Assembly: GCA_937922045.1 (NCBI GenBank)
Contig: CAKZXA010000073.1
Coordinates: 26,484 to 90,483, forward strand
Direction: 5' to 3'
Length of the DNA: 64,000 nucleotides
Source: an uncultured Acidimicrobiales bacterium
GTDB lineage: Bacteria > Actinomycetota > Acidimicrobiia > Acidimicrobiales > SZUA-35
The translations under genes and the position numbers were made by a program. This document shows positions 21,303 through 30,793 of this stretch, piece after piece; positions within the stretch are counted from its first letter, which is position 1; each line of letters opens with the position of its first letter. The notes under the pieces are model-generated. The model saw only the letters and a program-made list of their open reading frames with translations. It had not been told where the DNA came from and did no database searches.

Positions 21303-21457
21303 GTAATCAGCCTAATTGTCTGGTTGTCATATACCGCAAGCCGAATCGAAACCATAGAGCTATCAATCGGACCTAGGTCCTCGATTGTGAGTAGCGGCTC
21401 GAGCGCCAGCCAATGTTGAGGGCTGAGGTCGTTCCTGGAACGGTACGTGCTTGCCAT
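21299..21457 (-). CDS. candidate 52-aa leader ORF translationally coupled to ftsH
   Basis: AGGGGGA lies 6 nt before ATG 21457, and the stop forms an ATGA overlap with the ftsH ATG. I recognise no family, and GC3 drops in the second half. Confidence 0.3.
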   Translation of the reverse strand: MASTYRSRNDLSPQHWLALEPLLTIEDLGPIDSSMVSIRLAVYDNQTIRLIT

Positions 21458-21614
21458 GGGTGTCCCCCTTTCTAGTCGCAGACCTGAAAGTCCACGTAAA
21501 ACAACGGGCTCTGGTCGATGCAGCACCATTCATGTCTTCCGAAATGCTCGACACGGCGCTAGGGTGACGTTTGAGTCTGGAAGCCCTTTGGAAATCACAC
21601 TGGGGCAGATGCTG

Positions 21615-21655
21615 GGCGGTCACCGGCAAGTTCGGTGGCCGCCTTCAGCACTTTT
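21615..21655 (+). terminator. orphan intrinsic-terminator-like hairpin in the ftsH/CPBP divergent intergenic region
   Basis: ggcggtcaccg-gcaagtt-cggtggccgcc: 11-bp stem with one G-U pair and a 7-nt loop, followed by ttcagcactttt. Confidence 0.35.
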
Positions 21656-21743
21656 AGGGACAGCTTGGCTGGCGTGGCATAGCTGGTCGATGCTTGGCCG
21701 ACGCTAGGATCCGAGTTTTGCTGGGCCAGCCGAGGATTCCGCA

Positions 21744-22589
21744 ATGACGCTTGAATATCGATCGGATGATGCGGACGGAGATTTCGCCACATCCTCCTCT
21801 GGTAGCGATGCTGACGAGATAATCGCCAGCGCTTCGTCGTTGGGTGGTCTCTCGGTCGATCGTTTTCGATCGAATCGATTTTTGCGCCGCGCTGCAGGTT
21901 GGCCGGTCGGTCCGCCGGAGGTGAGCTGGGGTCTCGGTGCCGCGGTTGGGTGCTTCCTCTTCGCCCAGCTTCTCGGCGGTCTTTGGGCCGGTGCGGTACG
22001 TCCGGCCACGGCGCTGACATCGACGGAAACGCCGCTCTGGTATCTGCCATTGCAGACCGCTGGTCTCTGGTTCGCCTATCTCGGTGGCGCGGCCGTGGTC
22101 AGTAGCCAACTCGGTCGCGGCTTTCGACGAGACTTCGAATGGCGCGCTTCGTTTGGCGAGTACGCATTGGCTGCTGTCGTTGGCGTCGGTGCCCAGTTGC
22201 TCGCAATCCCTGCGCTCTACTTGGTCATCGGGGACCTGCTCGAAGGCGATCCTGAAAAGCTGGCGCGGGAGCTGATTGGACGAGCCGATACACCCGTCGA
22301 GCTGGTGGCGCTTGTCGTAGCGGTTGTTGTGATGGCGCCCCTGGCCGAGGAGGTTATGTTTCGCGGCCTCCTGCTCCCCGCGTTGAGTCGCCGGATCGGT
22401 CCTCTCGTGGGCGCAGTTGGAATCTCAGGGGTGTTCGCACTGGTTCACCCCGATCCCGTGACCTTCCCCGGTCTCTTCCTGTTTGGACTCATCCTGGCCT
22501 GGTTGACGACGGTGACCGGTCGCCTGGGAGCGCCGATCGTGGCCCACGCAGCCTTCAACCTGACCTCGGTTGTGTTGCTGGTGGCGTAA
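21744..22589 (+). CDS. CPBP family intramembrane glutamic endopeptidase (CAAX protease / Abi-like)
   Basis: Polytopic protein with APLAEEVMFRG (EExxxR), FALVHP and HAAFN motifs. Confidence 0.8.
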   Translation: MTLEYRSDDADGDFATSSSGSDADEIIASASSLGGLSVDRFRSNRFLRRAAGWPVGPPEVSWGLGAAVGCFLFAQLLGGLWAGAVRPATALTSTETPLWYLPLQTAGLWFAYLGGAAVVSSQLGRGFRRDFEWRASFGEYALAAVVGVGAQLLAIPALYLVIGDLLEGDPEKLARELIGRADTPVELVALVVAVVVMAPLAEEVMFRGLLLPALSRRIGPLVGAVGISGVFALVHPDPVTFPGLFLFGLILAWLTTVTGRLGAPIVAHAAFNLTSVVLLVA

Positions 22590-22726
22590 CCGGCCGCGTG
22601 GTTCGCGTGGCCCATCGTTGGACGGCTAGCGGTAGGTCCGACAGCCTGAATTGGCACACGCGCCGCCATCGCTCCTCATCTCGGGTTGCGCCTCGCCGAT
22701 CCGAGCCAGCGAAACGAGGAGGTCAG

Positions 22727-23074
22727 ATGGCGAGAAACAACGTGAAGCAGTCAAGCGACGAGGTCGGCCAACCGACACGGTCAGACACCGAAGGCACCGA
22801 AGACACCGTAGGCGGTGGTGGCGGTGGCGACGCTCGAAGCTCCAGCACAAGTCGAGGTCGAAGTCGGACGTCGTCCCCAACCAGCGACAAGGTTCGGGCA
22901 TGTCCGGTTTGTGGCGCAGAACTGGCCCGCATCTCGATGATGGTCGACAACACGGCCCTGCTCATGGAGTCGTGTGATGTGTGCGATATTCGTCGCTGGC
23001 AGTTCGCTGGCGAGCAAATTGATCTCCAGCACGCGCTCGAACAAGTAGGAGAACACGCGGGGCGCCGACGATAA
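22727..23074 (+). CDS. small zinc-ribbon protein (zf-TFIIB-like) with a disordered N-terminus
   Basis: AGGAGG lies 4-5 nt before ATG 22727. CPVCGAEL...x17...CDVCDIRRWQFAGEQIDL resembles the zf-TFIIB type CPxC...CxxC...W.D..EL pattern. Confidence 0.6.
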   Translation: MARNNVKQSSDEVGQPTRSDTEGTEDTVGGGGGGDARSSSTSRGRSRTSSPTSDKVRACPVCGAELARISMMVDNTALLMESCDVCDIRRWQFAGEQIDLQHALEQVGEHAGRRR

Positions 23075-23189
23075 CGAACGATTTCTCACTATCGTCAAGG
23101 CACGTGATCGTGATGTTTGACCCGGCTGGTGTGTTCGAGAGAAAGTTTGAACCCGTCGGGGGCAGGCTCTTTGGCGATAAGCAGAATCG

Positions 23190-26100
23190 ATGAGCGAGAC
23201 AATCGAGACAATCGAAACGACGTCCGAAGGCCTCGCCCGGGATCATCAGGCGGCGGCGGCGATGATGGATGGTCCAGACGGTGACGCCTTCGTTGAGGGG
23301 GGCACGTTGGTGCCCGAAGGCTGGAACGACGAAGGCCGCGAGCGCCGCTTGAACGACACGATCTTCCGTTGGCTGGGTCTGTTCGTTGCCACCGTCTGCT
23401 CGCTCTTCGTCTTTTCTCTCCTGAATTGGCCAGATACCGACTCGCTGGCTGGCTATGCCGAACCCCTGTTGTTTCTCGATACGACACCGTCCGGCGGCGA
23501 TATGGGTGCCCATGTCTGGGGCCCCGCTTTTTTGCGCGATTACCTGCTTCCCGATCTCAGGCTTTCCGGCTGGACTCCCGATTGGTATGCCGGATTTCCG
23601 GCCTACCACTTTTACATGGTGGTTCCGTCGCTCGCGATCGTGGCGCTCAATGCAGGCTTTCATCCCTTCATTGGCATTCCCCTCGCTATCGCAGGGCTGG
23701 TGGGAGCCCGGGTGCTGGCCGGCCGAGCTGATCGCGGAAAGATCTGGATCTGGATCGCAGGCCTGGCCGTCGCTGCCCTGGTGGTCTCTTTTCCCTACGG
23801 TGTCTCGTTCAAGCTCATCTCGGTATCAGGACTCCTCTTCTTCCCGATAGCGGCCTGGCTGATGGGCCGCCTCGCTGGTTCGCCAGAACCCATTCCGTCC
23901 TTCCTCGCTCTCGCCTCCTTCCTCTTTCTTTTCGACACGAACTTCAACATCTACGGGGGCAACATCGCCTCGACGCTGGCCGGTGAATTTGCCTTCTCGA
24001 TCAGCCTCTGTCTGACCCTGCTCGCTATCGGTGTCGTCATCAAGGGGATGGATGAGTCGTCGCTGCGAGCCAGTGCTGCGGTTCTCCTGGCACTGGTCGC
24101 CCTCTGCCATCTCATACCGATCTTCTTCCTGATCCCAGCGGTCGCCCTGACGGCGCTCACCCATCGCCGTATCCCGCTGCCGTGGCCGTTGGCTGCCACC
24201 GTGGCCCTCGCCATCGTGCCGATGGCGTTCGCCGAGGACAAGGGCTTCTCAGCGCAGGCCTTGGCCATAGGAGCGGTCATCGTGGTTGCGGTAGCGGCTG
24301 CAGTTGCGGAACCGACGGCGTGGCAGCGGATCCGCTGGCTTCTGTTCGCTGGCCCTGTTTCGATTCTGCTAGCCGCCTTCTGGTTGATGCCGTTCTATTT
24401 GAGGGAGCCCTACTTCAACGACATGGGCTGGGAGAGGCTGAACGAGGTCGGCCCGCCGATGTTGACGGCACCGATGAAGGTGGCGCTTCCGATGGCTGCG
24501 GTCGGTGTGCTGTTGTCGTACGCCTACCGCGAACGGATCGGCATGGTGTTCGGCGCTACCGGCCTGATCTTCGCCTCCGCCGTGGCCAATATTGGGGAGG
24601 GCGCCTTGTGGAATGCTCGCTTGCTGCCCTTCTACTACATCTCGGTTTACATGCTGGCCGCTATCGGAACAGCCTTGGTCCTCCGCCATGTTGGGGCCAT
24701 GGCATCGAATCGCCTGCACACGCCGAGTCGGTTGGTGCTTACGACCGGAACCGGCATTGCCTTGTTCGCCACGCTTATCGCGGTTGCCATGCCGTTGCGC
24801 ACCATGCCTGGTGGTCAGGTCACCGAATCGGGCGCCTACCAGTGGCTGGTCTTTCGGAACACGGCCCGTAGCTTCATCCCAACATGGGTCGATTGGAACT
24901 ATTCAGGCTATGAGCGCAAGGACTCCTACCGGGAGTACGCAGCCGTGGTGGATGAGATGGCAGCCCTCGGAGACGAGCGCGGCTGTGGACGGGCCATGTG
25001 GGAGTACGAGAAGGGCCTGGATCGCTACGGAACACCGATGGCACTGATGTTGCTACCTCACTGGACCGATGGTTGCATCGGATCGATGGAAGGCTTGTAT
25101 TTCGAGTCGTCGGCAACCACGCCGTTTCACTTCCTGAACCAGAGCATGCTGTCAGAGTCGCCATCGCGAGCGCAGCGAGATCTGCCCTATCAGTCCTTCG
25201 ACATCACCCGAGGTATTGAGCAACTCCAGATAATGGGGGTCAAGTACTACCTCGCTCAAACCGATGCTGCGATCGAGGCAGCGATGGCCAATCCGGCGCT
25301 TGAGAGAGTGGGGGAGTCGCAGCCCTTCGTGATGTTCGAGGTAAGCGGTTCCGAACTCGTCGAGCCGCTGAGCATCGAGCCAGTGGTGGTCACGGGTCCT
25401 AGCCAGGAACAGGTGGCTGGCGATGAGGAAGCCGACAAGTTTGATGTTGGCTGGGTTAGCCAGGCGGTCGAATTCTTCAATAACCCGGGTCTCTATGCCG
25501 CTCTACCCGCTGAGTCGGGGCCGCCAGAATGGGAGAGCCACAGCGTCTTGTCGCCTGAGGATGGCCTGGAGGTTTCAGCAGCGAACGTCACCGATGTCGT
25601 GGTCGATACCAGCAGGATCTCGTTCCGCGTCGACCGTACCGGAACCCCGATCCTGGTCAAGGCTTCCTACTTTCCCAACTGGAAGGTTTCCGGCGCTACA
25701 GGCCCATGGCGTGTTGGGCCAAACCTGATGGTTGTCGTCCCCGATTCAGAGCGTGTCACCCTCGACTATGGCCGCACGGGGATTGATTGGATCGCCCTTG
25801 GGCTCACCGCTCTGGGCGCAGCGGTGCTCGCCTCCCTGGTTCTCGTCGACCGGCGACGCTGGATGACGTCAGCATGGGAGTCGTCGTCCTCGGAGGGTTG
25901 GGACGAGGACGCGCTAGCCCACGTTGGTGGCGGGTTGGCGCCGCGAGGGTCGGCCCCCCGTTGGGGTTCTCGTCAAGAGCGTTCGCTCCCCGACGATGGC
26001 TTCTCGCCATACGAGGAGTTCGGAACAGCCGCCGGCGAGGTCGGGTTCGACGAGGGAAGCATCGATGGTGGCGCCGAATTGTCTGAGGTCCCCAATGTTG

Positions 26101-26246
26101 ATCTTGCCCGTTCTGCAGATGGCGCTAGCGGCGGCTACGATACCGACGAGATTGCGATCGGCGGGTCTGCATCCGAAAAGGCCGAAGAGTCAAAGAGGTT
26201 TGAGACGGTATCGACCGAGGACGTCGATATGTCTCCCGAGAACTAG
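23190..26246 (+). CDS. large polytopic membrane protein, GT-C-like glycosyltransferase candidate (PTPS-related / COG5617-like)
   Basis: 1018 aa with about 14 hydrophobic segments. The early motif GGDMGAHVWGPAFLRDYLLP...DWYAGFPAYHFY recalls 6-pyruvoyl-tetrahydropterin-synthase-related membrane proteins. It has a large soluble loop/C-domain and an acidic disordered tail. Confidence 0.6.
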   Translation: MSETIETIETTSEGLARDHQAAAAMMDGPDGDAFVEGGTLVPEGWNDEGRERRLNDTIFRWLGLFVATVCSLFVFSLLNWPDTDSLAGYAEPLLFLDTTPSGGDMGAHVWGPAFLRDYLLPDLRLSGWTPDWYAGFPAYHFYMVVPSLAIVALNAGFHPFIGIPLAIAGLVGARVLAGRADRGKIWIWIAGLAVAALVVSFPYGVSFKLISVSGLLFFPIAAWLMGRLAGSPEPIPSFLALASFLFLFDTNFNIYGGNIASTLAGEFAFSISLCLTLLAIGVVIKGMDESSLRASAAVLLALVALCHLIPIFFLIPAVALTALTHRRIPLPWPLAATVALAIVPMAFAEDKGFSAQALAIGAVIVVAVAAAVAEPTAWQRIRWLLFAGPVSILLAAFWLMPFYLREPYFNDMGWERLNEVGPPMLTAPMKVALPMAAVGVLLSYAYRERIGMVFGATGLIFASAVANIGEGALWNARLLPFYYISVYMLAAIGTALVLRHVGAMASNRLHTPSRLVLTTGTGIALFATLIAVAMPLRTMPGGQVTESGAYQWLVFRNTARSFIPTWVDWNYSGYERKDSYREYAAVVDEMAALGDERGCGRAMWEYEKGLDRYGTPMALMLLPHWTDGCIGSMEGLYFESSATTPFHFLNQSMLSESPSRAQRDLPYQSFDITRGIEQLQIMGVKYYLAQTDAAIEAAMANPALERVGESQPFVMFEVSGSELVEPLSIEPVVVTGPSQEQVAGDEEADKFDVGWVSQAVEFFNNPGLYAALPAESGPPEWESHSVLSPEDGLEVSAANVTDVVVDTSRISFRVDRTGTPILVKASYFPNWKVSGATGPWRVGPNLMVVVPDSERVTLDYGRTGIDWIALGLTALGAAVLASLVLVDRRRWMTSAWESSSSEGWDEDALAHVGGGLAPRGSAPRWGSRQERSLPDDGFSPYEEFGTAAGEVGFDEGSIDGGAELSEVPNVDLARSADGASGGYDTDEIAIGGSASEKAEESKRFETVSTEDVDMSPEN

Positions 26247-26339
26247 GTCCGGACGGGTAAGGTCTCTCGGTCTGCTTAGCCCCTTCGACCATTTGCCGGG
26301 CCAACGGCATCAAACCCCTTTCGAACAGCTCTATGAAGC

Positions 26340-27524
26340 ATGCGTAGCCGACTGAGATTCTTTGCCGCCGTAGGCGTGGTCGCGACCTTGATCGACCTCG
26401 TTATCTTTGTGCGCCTTGACGAGCTGAGACTTTGGCTCGCCGATCTCTTTGCGCTGACCGCCGCTGCTGTTTTTTCGTACCTCGGCAACCGCTGGATCAC
26501 CTTTCGCGGTGACCGAGATGCTCGCTGGGTTTCCCAACCGGGGCTGTTCGCCGTCACCGCTCTCGGCGCTGGCGTCGTTGACTTCGCTGTGTTGTCTCTG
26601 ACGATCGGGATTGTTGCCGACAGCCGTTGGCTTGCAAAGCTGGTCGCCATCAGCACAGCGGCGATGGTTCGTTGGGTTTCCTACCGTCTGATCCTGTTCA
26701 ATCGGGTCCGCCGCGATCTTGCTCAGCGAGTCCCACGACCTCCGGCCGATGCCACCTACCGATTGTCGGTCGTGCTACCTGCCTACAACGAAAGCGTTCG
26801 TATCGGTACGACGATTGAGGCAATCGCCGCCCACTGCACCGAAGCCATAGGAGCCGGGTCGTTCGAGGTCGTGGTGGTCGACGATGGTTCCACCGACGAC
26901 ACAGCGGCGCATGCTGCGGCGGCCGGTGCCAGGGTCTTGCAGCAACCGGTCAACGCTGGGAAGGGAGCGGCGGTTCGGGCCGGTGTTCTCGCTGCTGATG
27001 GCGCCACGGTGATTTTCACCGACGCAGATCTGGCCTATGCACCTGAGCTTCTGATCACACTGCTCGAGGGTGTCGAAGATGGATGGGACATGGTGGTTGG
27101 CAGCCGTCGCCACAGCGACAGCGATGCCTTGGTCCATGCCAAACGTATTCGGGAGTTTGGCGGGGCGATGGTTAATCGTTTGACCCATCTCGTGCTTCTC
27201 GGCCACTTCCGCGATACCCAATGTGGTCTCAAAGGTTTCAGGGGCGATATTGGTCGCGTCATCTTCGAACGCACAAACATTGACGGTTTCGCCTTCGATG
27301 TCGAGCTATTTCTGATTGCGGAGCAGGATCAGCTTTCCTTGCTCGAGGTTCCCGTTGTGGTTGCGAACCGAGCCGGTTCGTCGGTGAGCCTCTTTCGCGA
27401 TACCGCAGATCTGCTGGTGGATTTGGTGCGCATCCGGCGGTGGGCTGGCGCTGGACGTTACCGCCCCACCGATAGCCAGACACGGGTGATGGAGGCCAGG
27501 GCCGGCGATCCCCAGTCAGGGTAG
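26340..27524 (+). CDS. GtrA-like domain fused to a polyprenyl-phosphate sugar synthase (GT2, DPM1/GtrB-like)
   Basis: N-terminus RLRFFAAVGVVATLIDLVIF...FSYLGNRWITFR matches GtrA. Then LSVVLPAYNES, VVVDDGSTDDT, NAGKGAAVRAG, FTDADLAY match a Dpm1-like GT2. Confidence 0.8.
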   Translation: MRSRLRFFAAVGVVATLIDLVIFVRLDELRLWLADLFALTAAAVFSYLGNRWITFRGDRDARWVSQPGLFAVTALGAGVVDFAVLSLTIGIVADSRWLAKLVAISTAAMVRWVSYRLILFNRVRRDLAQRVPRPPADATYRLSVVLPAYNESVRIGTTIEAIAAHCTEAIGAGSFEVVVVDDGSTDDTAAHAAAAGARVLQQPVNAGKGAAVRAGVLAADGATVIFTDADLAYAPELLITLLEGVEDGWDMVVGSRRHSDSDALVHAKRIREFGGAMVNRLTHLVLLGHFRDTQCGLKGFRGDIGRVIFERTNIDGFAFDVELFLIAEQDQLSLLEVPVVVANRAGSSVSLFRDTADLLVDLVRIRRWAGAGRYRPTDSQTRVMEARAGDPQSG

Positions 27525-27593
27525 GTCGGGCCTTTGAACCTCAGCACCCATCGTCTCCTTTAAGGAGCGGGTGATTGGTGGCCGTCACCCCGC

Positions 27594-28994
27594 TTGGGTT
27601 CGGAGCTGACTAGCCTGTCTGACGTGACTGCTTCCAATAAGGCCATACTCGACGCGATCGTGAAGGCATATGACGTACGCGGAACTTACCCGGATCAGAT
27701 CAACGCAGACCTGTGCAGGGATCTTGGAACCGGCTTTGGTGTCTTCATCGCCGAGACCGAACCGACCGCAACGGCCGTTGTGATTGCACGCGATATGCGG
27801 CCATCGGGTCCCGAGTTGGTTGCCGCTTTTGCCGAAGGTGTCATGGCCCAGGGCCTCGACGTCATCGACGTTGGACTAGGTTCGACCGATCTTCTCTACT
27901 ACGCATCCGGCACGTTGAACGTGCCCGGAGTTATGTTCACTGCCTCGCACAACCCCGCCGGGTACAACGGCATCAAGCTGTGCCGACCGGGAGCCGCTCC
28001 AATTGGTGAGGAGACCGGTTTGGCCCGAATCAAGGAGGTGGCGATCGCGGGCGCCGCCCCGGCAGCCACGCCAGGAACTCGCACGGAGCGTTCAATGCTC
28101 GATGGTTTCGCCGATCACGTGCGCGGATTTATCAACACCGATGGACTTCGTCCACTCAAGGTGGTGGCCGACACCGCCAACGGCATGGGTGGTCTGGTCG
28201 TGCCCGAAGTGTTCAAAGCCTTGCCATTCGACCTTGAGGTCATGTATCCCGAGCTCGATGGCACCTTCCCCAATCATGAGGCCAATCCGCTCGAGTTGAA
28301 GAATCTGGTCGATCTCCAGGCTCGGGTTCTCGAGGTGGGAGCCGATATCGGGCTGGCCTTCGATGGAGATGCTGATCGGGTATTTCTCGTCGATGAGAAG
28401 GCTCAGCCGGTCTCCGGGTCGTTGACGACCGCCCTTCTGGCTCGTTCGATCTTGCAAGACAACCCAGGCGCTTCGGTGATCTACAACCTGATCTGTTCAA
28501 AGAGCGTGCCGCAGGTCGTAACCGAGAGTGGCGGCGTGCCGGTTCGTTCACGAGTCGGTCACTCCTTCATCAAACAGATGATGGCGGAGACAGGTGCCAT
28601 CTTCGGCGGAGAACACTCGGCTCACTACTACTTCCAGGACAACTGGCGAGCCGACTCCGGTCTCATCGCGGCGGTGATGGTGCTGGAGCAGCTCGCCCGA
28701 TTCGACGGGCCTTTGTCTGAACTCCTGGCGCCGCTCGATCGCTACAGCGCCTCGGGGGAGATCAACACCCGGGTTACCGATGCCCACGCCGTCATCGAAC
28801 ATGTAGCCACCCATTACGCCAGCGCCGAGTGTGATCGACTCGATGGTCTCACCGTGGATCACGGTGAATGGTGGTTCAATCTTCGTCCCTCCAACACCGA
28901 GCCTCTCTTGCGGCTCAATCTGGAAGCTGGTTCGGCGGAAGCGGTGAGCGATCGTGTTGCAGAGGTCCAAGCGGTCATGGCTGAGGCTGGTTGA
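27594..28994 (+). CDS. manB: phosphomannomutase/phosphoglucomutase
   Basis: AYDVRGTYP, active-site TASHNPAGYNGIK, metal loop FDGDADR, GGEHSAHYYF. The start is TTG 27594 or GTG 27624. Confidence 0.88.
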   Translation: MGSELTSLSDVTASNKAILDAIVKAYDVRGTYPDQINADLCRDLGTGFGVFIAETEPTATAVVIARDMRPSGPELVAAFAEGVMAQGLDVIDVGLGSTDLLYYASGTLNVPGVMFTASHNPAGYNGIKLCRPGAAPIGEETGLARIKEVAIAGAAPAATPGTRTERSMLDGFADHVRGFINTDGLRPLKVVADTANGMGGLVVPEVFKALPFDLEVMYPELDGTFPNHEANPLELKNLVDLQARVLEVGADIGLAFDGDADRVFLVDEKAQPVSGSLTTALLARSILQDNPGASVIYNLICSKSVPQVVTESGGVPVRSRVGHSFIKQMMAETGAIFGGEHSAHYYFQDNWRADSGLIAAVMVLEQLARFDGPLSELLAPLDRYSASGEINTRVTDAHAVIEHVATHYASAECDRLDGLTVDHGEWWFNLRPSNTEPLLRLNLEAGSAEAVSDRVAEVQAVMAEAG

Positions 28995-29003
28995 TCGTAC
29001 GAG

Positions 29004-30272
29004 ATGGAGCTCCTGCAGGGTGTTGTTCAGAACTACGACTGGGGTGATCACCATGCCCTGGCCACACTGTTCGGTCGGCCGCGGTCGGAACGCCCGGAAG
29101 CCGAGTACTGGCTAGGCGCCCATCCGAAGGCGCCGAGCGTGGTCGTCGACAGCCACCGTGACCTACGCGAGCTGATGCAGCAGGAGCAAGGTTCGGTCCT
29201 GGGTCGCGATGTCGCCGAGCGGTTCGAGAACGAGTTCCCCTTTCTGCTCAAGCTCCTTGCGGCCGGTCATGCCCTGTCGATCCAGGCCCACCCGACCAAA
29301 GAGCAGGCCGAGGTGGGGTTTGATCGTGAAGAGGCCGACGGTATCGAGCGCCTCGCGCCGAATCGCAACTACAAGGATCGGAATCACAAGCCTGAGCTGA
29401 TCTGCGCTCTGACGCCATTCGATGCAATGTGCGGCTTTCGCCCCCTCGCTGAGACGTTGGACCTACTCGATGTGCTTCTTGCTACAGCCCAGCCTGAAGC
29501 ACCGCAGCCCAAAGCTATGACGGTCCTACGTGAGTTGCGAGAGCGGTTGGCAACGACCGAGCGGCCAGCAACCGAACGCCTGGCTGAGACCGTTGCCTGG
29601 TTGCTCGGCATGGACGAGGCTCGCATCACCGAGTCAGCGATCACACTGGTGGCCAGGTGCGAACAGTTGATCAGCACACCGCCGTGGCGTGTCGACCAGG
29701 CCGAACTGGCGACCACGGTCGAATGGACGCCGCGCCTCGCCGACCGTTACCCGGGCGATCGCGGACTCCTGGTGGCGCTTCTGATGAACCACATCACGTT
29801 AGAACCGGGCGAGGCGCTGTTCCTGTCGGCTGGCAACCTTCACGCCTACGTACAGGGTTTTGGCGTTGAGCTGATGGCGAATAGTGACAACGTTCTTCGT
29901 GGTGGTTTGACACCGAAGCACGTCGATATCGACGAGCTGCTCCACGTCGTCGACTACGAGCCTGGCCGACCACCGGTGCAGCGATCCGACGATGATGTGC
30001 ACAGGTTCGAAACGCCGGTACCCGATTTTGGGCTCCACCGCTATCGAGAAGCCTCGCTGGAGGGTGAAGGTGTTCGGATTCCTGTTGAGGGACCGGAGAT
30101 TCTGCTGGTGACCGAAGGCAGTGTGGTGGTTGGCGCCGCCGACACTGAGGTTGTGCTGACAGCTGGCGATGCAGCTCTGATTCGCCACAGTGATCGCGAG
30201 TATCGTCTGCTCAAACCAACGTCGGGCTGCACGGTCTGGCGGGCCTCGGTTGGCCACCTGGCGCCCTCCTGA
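29004..30272 (+). CDS. manA: mannose-6-phosphate isomerase, class I
   Basis: NYDWG, YWLGAHP, LSIQAHP, NYKDRNHKPELI and NSDNVLRGGLTPKHVD are all classical type-I PMI motifs. Confidence 0.88.
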   Translation: MELLQGVVQNYDWGDHHALATLFGRPRSERPEAEYWLGAHPKAPSVVVDSHRDLRELMQQEQGSVLGRDVAERFENEFPFLLKLLAAGHALSIQAHPTKEQAEVGFDREEADGIERLAPNRNYKDRNHKPELICALTPFDAMCGFRPLAETLDLLDVLLATAQPEAPQPKAMTVLRELRERLATTERPATERLAETVAWLLGMDEARITESAITLVARCEQLISTPPWRVDQAELATTVEWTPRLADRYPGDRGLLVALLMNHITLEPGEALFLSAGNLHAYVQGFGVELMANSDNVLRGGLTPKHVDIDELLHVVDYEPGRPPVQRSDDDVHRFETPVPDFGLHRYREASLEGEGVRIPVEGPEILLVTEGSVVVGAADTEVVLTAGDAALIRHSDREYRLLKPTSGCTVWRASVGHLAPS

Positions 30273-30471
30273 GGTGAATGACTCACCAGGTGGGCGTCCC
30301 CGTCGTTGGGCACCGTCGCTAATGTTGATCGCCTTGCGCTACGCTGGGCGCGCTTGACGCCTCTTGGTATGCGTTCGACGAGGTTCGGATGCACCATGAG
30401 GCCGAGGTTCACATCTGTGGTTGCGGACGCTCATTTGCAGTCGGCCGTAGAGCACATCCCTAGGAGGCATC

Positions 30472-30708
30472 ATGGCGCTTGACCCGAAACTATTGGAGAT
30501 TCTCGCTTGCCCAGAAGACAAGGGCCCGCTGCTCTATTTCGAGTCCGAGAGTTTTCTGTATAACCCCCGGCTTCAGCGGCGCTATCGCATCGACGAGGAC
30601 ATCCCTGTGATGTTGATCGACGAGGCGGTCGCTGTCTCCGACGACGACCACGCCACAATTCTGGCGTCGGCCGCGGAACAGGGCGTCGAGCCGACGTTCG
30701 AACCGTAA
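30472..30708 (+). CDS. Trm112 family protein
   Basis: 78 aa. [14 protein letters not shown]...[20 protein letters not shown] is the Trm112/UPF0434 pattern. AGGAGG lies upstream. Confidence 0.8.
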   Translation: MALDPKLLEILACPEDKGPLLYFESESFLYNPRLQRRYRIDEDIPVMLIDEAVAVSDDDHATILASAAEQGVEPTFEP

Positions 30709-30793
30709 CCGACAGCCTTCAGCTGGATGTCCCAGCCCGCCGCTCCGTTCTACATGGTCCAATCCAATTCCCCGTCAAGTAAGGCATCAACGT

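Noticed and set aside
21303-21743. RNase P RNA, SRP RNA or 6S RNA in the long ftsH/CPBP intergenic region (contains the word gaaagtcc)
   Set aside because: Apart from that short word, none of the other universally conserved RNase P blocks (for example the GGUAAGAGCGCACC-like or ACAGAACCCGGCUUA-like blocks) or the SRP domain-IV motifs are present.
30709-30793. Possible SAH riboswitch upstream of ahcY
   Set aside because: The gap is only 85 nt. I could not find the conserved SAH-element words or a convincing P1/P2/P4 pseudoknot arrangement. An Rfam scan would settle it.
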